Below are positions 44,346 through 62,454 of a stretch of DNA of 64,000 bases, in pieces. The stretch lies in NCBI RefSeq assembly GCF_009914755.1, contig NC_060928.1. The stretch is one strand, 5' to 3'. A program made the position numbers and the translations under genes. The notes beneath the pieces are model-generated. The model was not told the DNA's origin. It saw only the letters and a program-made list of their open reading frames with translations, and ran no database searches. The stretch is from the human T2T-CHM13v2.0 reference genome, Homo sapiens. Numbering within the stretch: position 1 is the first letter of the stretch; each line of letters begins with the position of its first letter.

Positions 44346-46358
44346 TGACAGTGACACTAGATAGTAGTGCATGTATACATGTGCGTATGTGCCTGTGTGT
44401 TCACGTATGTGTGCAAGTGTGTTCCCCTGATTGTTTTAGCCTACATATATGTAGATCTTGTGCTGAAAGGACAACAGACAGAGTACAATCCTCCACCCCA
44501 TTCAAGGGAGCAAGTTTAACTCCAAAACTCTAACAACTCAATAATAAGCTACACACCAGCAGCCAATCAGCCTCCATTTGGGAAAAGAGCCAATGGAGTT
44601 ATTTTAGCCACCGTCATGATCAATATCAGCTGAGGTAGCTGAATGGATTAGATGGGCTGACCATTTTTCTTGTTGAGGGTAAAAATGAACAGGCTGATAT
44701 AACACAGCTTCTTCATTTCTCCTGTAAAAGATATGACCCTTGTGCACAACAATGTGCTCTAAAGGTTACGTGGGTCCCTTCCTGTATTCAAGCTGCATTG
44801 TCCTCCTCAAGCTCTCTAGTCTTCAGAAATCAGCTCAAGATTGATTTGCTCCAGACAGCCTACCCTGATAGATCTCCTCTCAACTATGATTATTGCATTA
44901 TTTGATGTCCCTTCAGTATAACCGTGCTGTAAAAACTCCGGAAGATAATCATTTTAAGTAGCTGAGTTTTCTTCCTAGTTGAAGATATACATGTTCAATT
45001 ACCCGGACTTTTAAAAAAATTGTTTATGTTGGGAATGATAGTAAGAGGAGTAGAAAATAAATACATAAATTGTATATGGAAATCATTACCCATTTTTTTT
45101 GCCCTCTTAATCAGAGTTTATGAAACAAACTTGACCTTCCTTGATAGTGAGGAATGTCTTAACCTGGGTTCCCCAGATGGCAGGACTCGAGGCAAAAGCT
45201 TATGTGCTATTATTTTATAAACAAAGCTCAAGTCCACGGAAAGAGAGTGTGGGAGGCAGGGGAGGTGAGGCAGCTAACAGGACAGTGTGTTACTGCACTG
45301 GCCACTATTTGCTATCTCAGTCGGGCTGGACCATCTTCCAAGAGGCCATCTGAGCCACTGAACCTCAGGACATTCCCTCTGGGAGATGTTTGGGGGAAGA
45401 ATGTCTCACCAGCTCCCACCTTTCATCCCAGCCCCTCCACCACATGCAAACTTCTGGATTGCAAACCTGGAGGCTGAGAGGTGTCTCAGGCTCCAGCATC
45501 AACAGAGAAGTCCCAAGGCAGGAGGCCCACACACGCAGGTGTGAAGAGGGTGTGTTGGGATGAACCTACCAAAGCCAGTTGGAGTGCACAGAGAGCTCCT
45601 CAGAGCAAATGGCCAAATGCCCTAGGACAGAGGAAGTCCAGAGAGAGTGTGCAGTGGTGCCTAAGAGGTATCTCATGGCATGAGCATGATCTCGAGAAAC
45701 AACAGTGGATGCTCTGTGTTTTTCCAAGAGGGTCAATTGAGGTAGGAGTCTCGGTCTTGTCTGTGTCATTATATATGAGTCAGTTACTGTAAGAACTGGG
45801 TCCTTATATTTACTTATTAAATTTTGCTGGCCCATCCCTTAATTTCAGGTCTACCCTGAGCAGCTGTCATTTCTGTTTGTCAGTGTTGCCACCAGCAGTT
45901 GCTTCTTTGTTCCTTCTAACTTGTTTCTCTTTATCTGTGAAGGGTTTGAAAACCAGACAACTAAGACTATTCAATTTGTGTGTAAATCAAGAACACATGG
46001 GCTCTGGGTGAGACCTGAAGGAGTCGGTCGTGCCGAGACTAAGAGTACAAAATTATGAGGATCATGACATTGATTCGAAGATCTCTTTCTATGGAGGTAC
46101 AGGATGGAACATGTGCTTTGGCATTTCGAGGATTCCATGCAAAAATGTATATCATTCTGGCATATAGTGTCTAATAATGGTTCTCTTTGTTTATTTACAG
46201 GTCCTTGGTTTATTCCAGTTAAATGCAATTACTAGATAGCTGAGTAGTGAGACACTACTACATTTAGTTTTCACTCCGCTATGTGTATTTGAACTTAATG
46301 ACATTGTTATACTGCTTGTGATTTACCTGAAGATTCTCCAGCATAAATAGGGTGAGAG

Positions 46359-46360
<2 letters not shown>

Positions 46361-46401
<41 letters not shown>
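46361..46401. repeat. (GT)20 microsatellite
   Basis: Perfect gt array. Confidence 0.95.
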
Positions 46402-46403
<2 letters not shown>

Positions 46404-47554
46404 ATTCTTCACCTTAGAGGCAGTTCATTAACATATGAAGTACTGTAATAAAAAAATCCACATTTCAGGTATGCTTAGTGAGCACCTGACAAGCTAATCA
46501 GTTCACGTACCAGAGGTCTGTGACAAGGCTTCAACTATTTTTATCTCCAATCACCCCTAAAGAATTTGTAATTATAATAAGGGAAATGAATTTTCACTGG
46601 TAAAATAAAGGTGTTCAAAATATTTGGATTGGCTAAAAATACTGTATGGGTACCTCCCAGCAGCAAACATTTTTCAGAGGGGCATTACCTAGGGCCTTGC
46701 TCCATCCTGTGTGCCACCACTGACAGGATTCTGTGGCTGGATTCTGAATAGAAGGTGAGCTGTGTGTGCCCTTAGGAGACTACCGTTATCATGTCTTCCA
46801 TGCAAAGGGCTGTCAGGGTGTCCAAAGGGCAGAGGTAGGTCTTCATCAAGTCTCAGACTGCTACTTGCAGTAGAATTTGTTCTGACAACATGGGATTCTG
46901 GTGTAGGGAAGACCCATGCCTTCCTCCTCTTACACTGGAGTTGGCCAAGGTTATTGACAGCAGACATGGCCAAATGGGTCTCCTGTTGAAACATCCACAT
47001 CTTTGTAGGTAGTTCTCTCCCTGTATCTTTGAGGGTCACCGGGCCTTTGAAGGCAGCATGAATACTGGAGATTACTGTTCGTCTGGCGTGATCGTGCATG
47101 AATGGACAGTGTGCTCACAGAGCTTCCCTGCCTCATCCCGGGAGACAGAACTCCAGGCTGGTGAAACACACTTTGAGGGGATGAAACTCCACGAGTGGTG
47201 ATGTCCACGTGCTGCTTCCTTCAGCATTATGCACACTTCATCCCTGCTAAAGCTGTAGGTCTCAGCCGTAGGTTGTCTAGTGCTCTCTATAAACTAGGTA
47301 GTAGACACACTCCTTAGTCCTCAATTATTTTTTGATGGGAGTGGGAGGGGTTGTTAGGTAGTTCATCTGGCTCAGTAAATAGAAAGATGAATAGGACATA
47401 GTCCTCATGAAGCTTATAGTCTAATGAGAGAGCTCTATGAGCAGATTATTTTAATATAAAATGATAAGCATAACGGTGAGTTATGCCCATGATATCACAG
47501 ACCTGCTAAGGAGGGCACTTCATTCACCCCAGGAAAATGGATCCAAAGCTCTTT

Positions 47555-48406
47555 GGTCTCAGGACCCTTTTACATTAAAAAAATATTTTTGAGGTCACGC
47601 ACAGTGGCTCATGCCTGTAATCCCAGCACTTTGGGAGGCCAAAGGCCAGTGGATTACCTGAGCCCAGGAGTTCAAGACCAGCTTGGGCAACATGGCAAAA
47701 CCGCGTCTCTACAAAAAATACAAAAATTAGCCAGGCATTGTGGTACACACCTGTGGGCCCAGCTATTCTGGAGGCTGAGGCAGGAGATCACCCGAGCCTG
47801 GGGAGGTTGAGGCTACAGTGAGCCATGAGTGTGCCACTGCACTCCAGCCTGGGTGACAGAGAACTTGTGTCAAAAAAAAAAAATTATTGAGAATGCCAAA
47901 GACCTTTTGTTCATGGGGTTAGAGCTATTGCTATTTACTGTATGGGAAATTAAAACTGGGAAATGTTTTATTAATTGATTAAATATCAAATGTTAATATA
48001 TGTTAATTATATATGATTACATATAAAATATATGCGTATTTGTTAATATAAAATTAATATTAAATATATCAGTTCATTAAAATAATAAACCTATTACATG
48101 GTAAATAAATTACATATTTTTAGGAAAAATAACTATTTTTCAATGCAACAAAAATATTTAGTGTGAAGAATGACACTGTGTGGTATCTTTGCAGATCTTC
48201 TGGATGTCTGGCTTTATGAAAGGCAGCTGGATTCACCTATCTGATGCTGCAGGCAGTCTGTTGCAATATGTTGTTTTGGTTGAAGTCTATGAAGAAAGTC
48301 TGTCTCACACAGATGGTAGTTGGACAAGAGGGCCTTACAGACCCTCTGAAAGGGTCTTGGGGACCCACTGACCAAGAGTCTTTGGACTATATTTTGAGAA
48401 CTACTG
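47555..48406. mobile_element. hAT-Charlie-type DNA transposon remnant interrupted by an AluJ (47592-47883)
   Basis: ggtctcaggaccctttaca...attattgag...ttttgagaactactg terminus. Confidence 0.6.
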
Positions 48407-48475
48407 ACCTTAGCTTCTTAAAGGTGAGTTTTGAAGAATGAATAAGAGTTGGCTAGGTATAAGAAAGAAAGAAAT

Positions 48476-49090
<615 letters not shown>

Positions 49091-50046
49091 AATTAAAATG
49101 TAAGAAAAAATTGGCTAGGTAAAAAACAATAAGAACATTCTAAGTCAGTGCTTCTCAAAACCATTACTGTGCATTTGAATCACCTGGGGTCTGGAGTGGG
49201 GCATGAGATTCCGCCTTTCTAACAAGCTCCTGGGTAACGCTGATCCTGCTGGTCCTGGAACTACACTTCGAGGAGTGAGGATCTAAGCCAAAGAAACATG
49301 AGCAAAAGCACAGTGTCACGAAATAGCCTGAAGTGTGAGGGGAATGGCATTAGTAGGAAGCGAGGTATAAAACAGAAGTACCAAGAGATAGGGTATCTGT
49401 GGCCATGGCATTGAAATAACAGTTGCAATTTTTCCCAAGAGGAAGTTGTTAAAAGGTTTTATGCAGGAGACAGCTCTGACTCATAATTAAGCAAGCACAG
49501 TTTCTTATTCTGAATAACTCAGAAATGAAGTAAAATATAAAATATACCAGCAAAGTAAGCAGGCAATAGGGTGAAGTGGAGGAAGAAGAAAGACATTATT
49601 CCCTATAAGTACTATGACAGTGTAACTCAGTAGAAAGAGTATGCACTTTGGACCAAGACAGAGTTGGGTTCAGATTCCAATTCTACCACTTACAAAATAT
49701 TACTAAGTCAACTTCTCAGAGCCTCAGATTCTACCATGCATAGAGATAAGGAAGAGGAATTTCATATGCACATAAAAGTGTCTGGTGCACAGTAGGTCCT
49801 CGATACACTAAAATCAACATGATAAAGAATGTTATAGAAATTATAAAAAATAACAACTAGAAGCTGTTACTATTATTCTAAGACTAGATGTAGACTTATA
49901 CTGGGCTTATTAGAACTTTAAATTTTCAAGAGTAAAAAGATTCTGAAAGAGTACCTGAGGGGGATCACTTCAAAGTAAATGTTTTGCCTAAATGTATATG
50001 CAAGGCATTAGATGCTGGTGACAATTAGAAGAGAAAGACTTCAGTT

Positions 50047-50335
50047 GGGTGTGGTGGCTCACACCTGTAGTCCCGACACTTTGGGCGGCTGAGGTGGGCA
50101 GATCCCTTGAGCTCAGGAGTTCAAGACCAGCCTGGACACATGGCAAAACCCTGTCTCTACTAAAAATACAAAAATTAGCTTGGGTATGGTGGTACGTGCC
50201 TGTAGTCCTGGCTACTTGGGGGGACTGAGACAGGAGGATCGCCTGAGCCTGGGAGGTGGAGGCTCCAGTGAGCCCTGCTCATGCCACTGCACTCCAGCCA
50301 CGGCAACAAAGTGAAACCCTGTTTCAAGAAAAAGA
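50047..50335 (+). mobile_element. AluJ
   Basis: Diverged dimeric Alu. Confidence 0.85.
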
Positions 50336-50848
50336 GAAAGACCTCAGACCCCTCAAGTTAATTATCCCTTCTTCTAATACAACTGTAACCAAACTTTCAA
50401 TATGAAGTTTGAATGGTTTAAATCTTGGTCCCCCACACCCTCTTCTCTTTTCCTGGTAGTTGGTGCAGTTAATAAACAGCAAAGGCGCAAAGGGCACAAA
50501 GAAAAAGAAATGCATTATCATATTAAATAGAGCTACCACAGTTGTAGACTCTCTCCCTGCCCGAGCTCCCACATTAGAAGGTGTTTCCTAATCTCTATTC
50601 CTCTTTTTCTCTGGAAACACTTGACCTTCAGGATCCAGAAATCCCCTCACTACCACCTGGGATTCTAAGACTCTTAACATCACATTTTCCCCCTAAAATG
50701 TTGGTTATTACAGTCACATATGAAATGTAGCTCTCTCAGTCCTTTATAGCAAATATTGGCCCTCTGATTGTAAGAGAAAGTTTTCATTATCACAAAAATC
50801 CATGTTCTTAGTGGGGCAGAACTAGTTGGGCAGAATTTGAAAGTCAAT

Positions 50849-50859
50849 GATAGACAGAC

Positions 50860-50900
<41 letters not shown>

Positions 50901-50933
50901 TAGATAGATAGATAGATAGATATAGATAGATAG
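50849..50933. repeat. (GATA)n tetranucleotide STR
   Basis: gatagacagacagatagatagata... array. Confidence 0.95.
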
Positions 50934-51103
50934 GCTTTCAAATTATGCCCAACTAAGAACCATATATGTATATAGTTTCTCCAAATCTCTTGATAGTTAG
51001 GACATCTGAGTAATTGTTTTTCTCTTCTTTAAAATGGAAGACTGATAAGAGTAGGTTTATAAAAGAAAGTCAAATGGCAGAAGAGTCCTCACACTTCAGT
51101 TGA

Positions 51104-51381
<278 letters not shown>

Positions 51382-53289
51382 TGAGCATGTTTCGACAAAT
51401 CACATTATCTCAGCACTAGGATCTTTTTATCTGTGTGACAGATTTATTATTGTTTTATAGGAAAACAGGCAGTGTGAAGAGAAGTAAGTGACTTGGACAG
51501 GGAGCCTGTCCAAAGCCAATTTCTGACAAGAATTTTCTTCAGCTGGTAGGTTGACAATGATTTCTTTGGTCTCTATTTCACTGGGAATTCATCCCTTTTA
51601 CTCTTTGTAATTTTCATATTTTAGACTAAGAATTTGACTCTTAGACTACCCTTTGCAGTTAGATATCTTTCCCCAGGAAGGGAGCTAGCCTATGCTTTAC
51701 TTTAAATAAAACATTTTTTTTTGAAGGCGTGAAAGCATTTCTTTAAGCAAAGCAAAAAGGGGAGAATGTGAACTTCTAATTTCCAAGGTGGGATTACATC
51801 AAATATCTAGACATTGGCTCTCCATCAGGACCCCTTGCCTCTGGCCAGCATGCCCGTGGGCAACAACATAGATAACGTCCTCTCCAGGTAGGTGGCTCCC
51901 AGTGGCACTCTGCAACTTGTCTGGTCAATGTGATACTTCCCGCTGTTAGCGTAGGATACCTAGGAGGGAAGGCTGGATGTCTGGGCATCCACTCACAGTC
52001 CCTCTCACTGTCTGTGATAAAAATTCAGCCATTCCTGTTGATAATAATGACAAAAATTGTAGAATATCTAGAAATAAACCAAAAAAGAAACATGTAAGAC
52101 CTACACATAGAGAATTTTTAACATTTACTGAGATATATAAAAGAAGTCTTAACTGAGAATAAACTCTGTTCCTGAAGAATGAGAGCCGTCAAGAGAAGGC
52201 CCTCACCATGCCAGTCAGAAAGAACCATCACTTCATGTAGACTTCTTCAAGGACCTCATCTTAACATTCCCTCTGAAATTGTGAATCCCCTTTGGTTCTT
52301 AATATCCTCATCTACTACAGTGTCACTTTCGTATACAAATTTGGGAGTCCCTGACTATTTCATAAGCATGTGCCTTTTCTTCCCAATTAAATTACAAGAT
52401 ATATAAAGGCAAGGACTCTCTCTTTTTCCCTTTGTATCTTCCATACCCCTCATTATGGAAATACCTCTACTTATAAATTTTCCATTTAAGGAAGTTCACA
52501 GGTATGAACAAAGCAAGGTGGAAAAAGGCTTTAACCTTTTTACCTATCACCAGCAGATGGTATTAGTGGCCACAAGCAAGCATTTGGCCACACTCTGTTC
52601 ATTAGTCAGGGGTGTGTTAGCTAGGTTTGTGCTAAAGTTCTGAGATATTTTATGAACAGCAGTAACATCACCAGTTACAAAAGTATAAAAGTAGTGAGTG
52701 TCTTTAAGTCGCTGCTAAAAAGATGCACATAATTAGGATGAAAACAAAAGTAAAAATAGTTTTTCAAACTGGAAGTCATGAGAGAATGCCAAGTGTTGCA
52801 GGGGGCTCATGGCACAGCAGGAAGAATTCTTAAGGCTAAGGAGTGAATAGTGATCAAAGAGGAAGGAACAGGAATTGGCAAAATGAAAAAGGAAACTTTT
52901 TGAGACTGGAGCTAAATGTTTGCAACAATTAACTTTCACATGTATTAACTAATTTAGTCACTCAATAATTTTGTAAGATAGATATCATCATTACCCTCTG
53001 GGCCTACATTTTGCTAATGTTGGTGAAGGCCAGGAGTTTATAAGGGAACTTAAGCCTAAGCACAGTGAAACAGCTGTTGCTGACATGTCTGCTGTAAGCC
53101 AAGGGTGGCTCCTTGAGTTCCAAGTTGCTGGGTTCAGAGACCACCCAAATCAGCAGAACATCAGCTGGTCAGTGGGTGGCAAATGAAAACACTGTAGACA
53201 TCAAAGGTCCACAATAGGGGAAAATGTTTAATAGAATGTAGGGAAAAGACAAGTACTCCTGGTTTTAAAGCTTTGATACGACTACTTAT

Positions 53290-57013
<3,724 letters not shown>

Positions 57014-57015
<2 letters not shown>

Positions 57016-57568
57016 CACACATAACAATATTCATCTTAAATGTAAATGGGCTAAATGCCCCAATTAAAAGACACAGACTGGCAAATTAGATAGAGTCAAA
57101 ACCCATCGGTGTGCTGTATTCAGGAGACCCACCTCACGTGCAAAGACACATATAGGCTCAAAATAAAGGGATACAGGAATATTTATCAAGCAAAAAAAAA
57201 AAAATAGCAGGGGTTGCAATCCTAGTCTCTAATAAAACAGACTTTAAACCAACAAAGATCAAAAAAGACAAAGAAGGGCATTATATAATGGTAATGGGAT
57301 CAATGCAGCAAGAAGAGCTAACTATCCTAAATATGTATGCACCTAATACAGGAGCACCCAGATTCATAAAGCAAGTTCTTAGAGACCTACAAGGAGACTT
57401 AGACTCCCATATAATAATAGTGGGAGACTTTAATACCCCACTGTCAATATTAGACAGATCAACAAGACAGAAAATTAACAAGGATATTCAGGACTTGAAC
57501 TCAGCTCTGGACCAAGCGGACCTAACAGACATCTATGGAACTCTCCACCCCAAATCAACTGAATATAC
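57014..57568 (+). mobile_element. Inverted 5' segment of the same L1 (ORF2 endonuclease domain)
   Basis: cacacataacaatatt...aatgtaaatgggctaaatgccccaattaaaagacacagactggc (ORF2 N-terminus); IIVGDFNTPLS motif. Confidence 0.93.
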
Positions 57569-57736
57569 TTATGTTTTTATTTATAGAAATACATCTGGAA
57601 ATGATAGCTTAAACTCCTCTTAATCACTTTTGACTTACAAAAATAATCAACATGTGTACAGGTTTTTAGAACCTAAAGTTTTTATAAATGGAATATCTCC
57701 TATAGAGTGCTGTATGTGTAGTTAATAACACAAATA

Positions 57737-57742
57737 TTTATT
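57737..57742 (-). terminator. Candidate polyA signal for SCD5 isoform B (second candidate at 57576-57581)
   Basis: tttatt on plus strand ~340 nt past the exon 4B stop. Confidence 0.45.
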
Positions 57743-58077
57743 GCACATCTCCTCCATACTTTCACATATATTAACTAATGTATTCTCCCAATAATTTTAT
57801 AAGGTAGGTATCATTATTACCCTGCTCTAGATGTGGAAATAGAATCTCAGAGACAGAATGACAAAACTGAAATCTTTTTGATTTTAGGACCATATTTTAC
57901 CTCCCCGTAGCTGCCTCCTTGTGTCAACTGATTGAATCAATAAATAACCTAATGTTAGCACAGACTGCAGCTCTGTCTATGCTTCACACCGTTAAAAAAG
58001 GCCTGGGTGTGGAGTCCCCGTCTGTTATTCTATACGTTATCACCAAGCCTCGCTGTTGTATATCTCTCTTCTGACCT

Positions 58078-58279
58078 TCAGAATACCTCCAGGGACACAG
58101 AAAGAGCACGCAGCATCAAGCAGCACTTTTCGGAGTGGTTACAATGAGTATGTAACAAAGCTAAAATGTGTAATCCGGGAAGGGTGACTTTCAATATATG
58201 CCCTTGATGCCATTCACGAAGCATCTCACACGCTGCCTCTTGATTGAGAGCTCTTCCTTCTTTCTGGATGTGCTGTGTA
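58078..58279 (-). CDS. SCD5: SCD5 alternative terminal exon 4B (isoform B, 256 aa)
   Basis: Acceptor ttttctttattttttatcag|T at 58281-58280, same phase as exon 4; encodes (N)TQHIQKEGRALNQEAACEMLREWHQ...LSVSLEVF*. Residue 190 plus 66 aa gives 256 aa, matching the SCD5B length and C-terminus as I recall them. Confidence 0.85.
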
Positions 58280-59264
58280 CTGATAAAAAATAAAGAAAAT
58301 GACTGAGAGTTCCACCCAGGTTTGTTCAGCAAGGGTTTAATTTCTCTAGTGCTCCTGTAGAAATTGTGTCAATAACAAAACCTTGCATCTCTCAATCTAA
58401 TCATCCCTTGACACACTCAATAGGATATAACATGGTGAGATGGGGACTGAGGAATTAAGAGTAAATTAGATAAAAGGAAAAGCTCCTGGTAGCTCTGACA
58501 TGACAGCCTGCACATGACTAATCTAAATATTCATTCTGGGTAATGGAACAGCTATCAACAAATTCATTACTTACAACAATATTTCCACTTCAACTGTCAA
58601 CTGACGAGGGGTCTCATAATACATTGCTGTCAGCAGTTTGCAGCAGTAAGAGAGAAAAGGTACTTACATTTCACAAATATGTATGAATCATGCTCTTGAT
58701 TTTTAAAAGGGACTCAGCCTTATTTAATATTTTCAGAAAATTGCTGTCACAAGGACATCAACCTCACAAATCATCTTATGGAAAGAACAATTTGGACAGC
58801 AAAAATAATGGATGTGTTTCTAGCTAATCACTCCGTGTCTTGCCTTAAGTACATGCATTTATGCCTTCAGATGCCTCTTGTTTAAACAAATTTTTCTCCT
58901 ATGCCACTCTCTTTCTAGCCCAGCATTAATTAGGTTCTTTAGAAAAAGAGACTTTCAGGTTGTAAACCAGCACTAAGGTGACATTCATGAATTATGGAGT
59001 CATATGTCCTAGCGCAGAGAGCTGAAGAGAGTAAACATGAGAAATACGCAACACACCCCATCTGTTAATTCACCTACCTAGACACCAGATTTTGTGACCA
59101 TTCTACCTTCTTCCTCCACTGAGAGGTGGCAGGGTTCTGGACAGGGACGTGGGGACGTTTCCACTGTGTCAGATTTTTCTCTCCAACAAAAAAGGAGGGA
59201 AATGAAGAGACAGTGTCTTTGTCTTTGGCCATGGGTAGTGAACAGAACAGTGTATGTTATTTAT

Positions 59265-59552
59265 TTATTTATGAGACAGGGTCTCCCTGTGTCACTCACT
59301 CAGGCTGCAGTGCAGTGGCTCAATCACAGCTCACTGCAGCCTCAAACTCCTGAGCTGAAGCAATCCTCCTGCCTCAGCCTCCTAAGTAGCTGGAACTATA
59401 AGCACATGCCATCGTGCTCAGCTAATTTTCTTATTTTTGGTAGAGACAGGATCTATGTTGCCCAGGCTGGTCTCAGACTCCTGGCTTAAAGCAATTCTCT
59501 CACCTCAGCCTCCAAAAGTGCTGGGATAACAAGCATGAGCCACCACGCCCAG
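59265..59552 (-). mobile_element. AluJ
   Basis: Reverse diverged Alu. Confidence 0.85.
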
Positions 59553-59743
59553 CTATCTGTTTTAAAAGGCAATGCTACAAATGGCCCAAAACATAAAATT
59601 GTAATCAAAGATTTTGAAATTAATATGAAAATAGGTATAAAAAGCCAAGAGTTCTATGTATTATTTGACTTGGCAATTCTGATTTTAGCTAAAGGAAAGT
59701 ATCATAGCTGTGGTCAAAGATTTATATACCAAGTTGATCATCA

Positions 59744-60077
<334 letters not shown>

Positions 60078-60741
60078 CACACATGGTAGAAATCCTTCAG
60101 TGTTCATGAAAAATAATTATGATACATCGTCACAATGAAATATTAAGCAACCATTAAACTAGAAAGATTTTACAGTATTCTGTTAGATGAAAAATGCAGA
60201 CTATAAAATAGGATGCAGAGTTCTGTGTCTGCTTAGATGTAGAAAGTCACTAGGGAATATTGCTGTCACCTCGACAATGAGAAAAAGCTAACTAATATAC
60301 ACAACCATAACTTTTCTTTAACTCATCAAGAGTTAAGGTCACAAGGCAACTAAGTAATCTGAATTCCAAAGAGTCATAAACCCATCCAAGGAGAGACAGT
60401 ACACATGAATATGAATGGCTTCACTTTTGTCAAAGCAAGGAGAAAGAGATGGCTACCACACAAGTAGATAAGAAGAAGTTAGCTAAAAATTTAACAAAAT
60501 TCTTGAAGGTCAATATGGGATAGCCTCAAGCCTCGGACACAAAAGAGTTTGTATTCACACTCAAGCTTTTCTTTAGGGCCCCTAACTGGGTGCTCACAAG
60601 GAAGGTTGAGGACAGGGTAGAGTGGAGACCCAGGACCCCCTCTGCCACATAGACATGCAGGAGCTGATCAGCTGCTACTGGCAACAAGAACAAAGCCTTG
60701 CCTTCTTCCCCAGGGCCCTCTCTTACAAAGCAAAATCTTAA

Positions 60742-60871
60742 CCCATTTATGCCTGAGGTTGCAATTTTTTGAATTTTTGCAATCAGACCTTGGTGATGAC
60801 CTTGAGCAGCAGGATATAAATAACTCCCACATGCTTACCGTTCCAATAATGGAACACTAGGCATAAATGTG
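60742..60871 (+). mobile_element. MER85 piggyBac (PGBD3-derived) MITE
   Basis: TTAA at 60738-60741 and 60873-60876; TIRs cccatttatgcct / aggcataaatgtg; internal palindrome gttccaataatggaac at 60840-60855. Confidence 0.92.
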
Positions 60872-62043
60872 TTTAAGCTGCTGGAGGAATACAGACACCT
60901 TCTGGCCCTTAGGACTGGGCAAAAGTATATTGCTCTGGGAGAGCAACTGAAGCAAAATTGTTTGTCTCTGGGAGAGGTGTTGGGAAACCCTCACCCCCAG
61001 ACATAGGCAAAGAAACATTGCTGCTGAGGGAGAGACAGAAGCAAAAATCTTCTGCCCCTTTGAGGAAGAGCAGGAAACCTGCTTGTGCCCAGGATCTTGC
61101 ACTGCTCAAAAGCAGAGGTTGGCTACTGCAGGAATGCTAAGAAACCCTTGACCCCAAGGTTCAGGCACAGGAGCCTTGCCTAAGACTGATACTGGACCAG
61201 GACAATGAAGAAACCCTCTACTCTTATAAACAGCCATGCACAGAGACACAAACAACAGAAGTCCACCCTATGTGTAGGAGCAAGAGCATAGGGAAAGATC
61301 TACTTTGTGACACAGGTGTGCAGGGACAGCTAAAAGCCGAGGGTACAGAATGAATACTTAGAAAACTCCTCTGGCACATCAGGCTCTAAGCACGTAGTAA
61401 GGGTAGCCATCCAGTGAAGCCTGTGGTGCACTAAGGATAATAATAGCAGCAGTAAAATCTAAACTCAGCTCAACTTCTGATTAATTGACCCAACCCCAAC
61501 CTCTTCCACCCACACATACTGAAGGTCTGAAAGAAAAAGAGATGTGCCCATGCTCAAGCATAAATAATATTTACCTTGGTCTTTCTGTTCTTACAGAAAT
61601 AATGTTCAGCATTCAATTAAAATTGAGTCACACAAAAGTGCAGGGGGGGGAACAAAAATCATTGTCCAGAGATAAAGTAATTAATAGAACCATTCTCAGA
61701 AATGGCCCGGATATTACAACTATCAGGTAGGGACTTTAAAGTAACTGCAATGAACATGTTAAAGGGATCTATGGAAAAGGTGAACATGCATGAACAGATG
61801 GGAGATTTTATCAATGTCTAATGCAAATCTGGTAAATAAAAACAAAATCAGAAATGAAGAGTGCCTTTGATGGGTTCATTGGCAGTCTAGACATAACTGA
61901 GGAAAGAATTAGTAAACTTGAAGATATGCCAATAGAAATTATCCAAGCCAAAACATAAAGATAAAAAGGAGTGAAGCACATCCAATATCTGTGGGACAAC
62001 ATAAAATGCTTTAAAATAAAATGTAATTAGAGTCCCAGAAGAA

Positions 62044-62157
62044 GCCAGGCATTGTGGCTCATGCCTGTAATCTCAGCACTTTGGGAGGCCAAGGTCAAGG
62101 CAGGAGGATCACTTGAGGCCAGGAGTTCAAGACCAGCCTGGGCAGCATAGCAAGACC

Positions 62158-62225
<68 letters not shown>

Positions 62226-62256
62226 AATACACACACACACACACACACATATATAT

Positions 62257-62288
<32 letters not shown>

Positions 62289-62454
62289 TTTTAATTTAAT
62301 CAGGCATGGTGGTGTGTGCCTGTAGTCCGACTCAGGAGGCTGAGGCAGGAGGATCATTTGAGCCAGGAGTTTGAGGCTACAGTTAGCAGCTATGATCATG
62401 TCACTGCACTGAAGCCTGAGTGATGAGACCCTGTCTCAAAAAAAAAAAAAAAAA
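62044..62454 (+). mobile_element. AluJ with compound (TC)n(TA)n(CA)n microsatellite in the linker (62161-62288)
   Basis: Left and right arms separated by the microsatellite. Confidence 0.9.
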
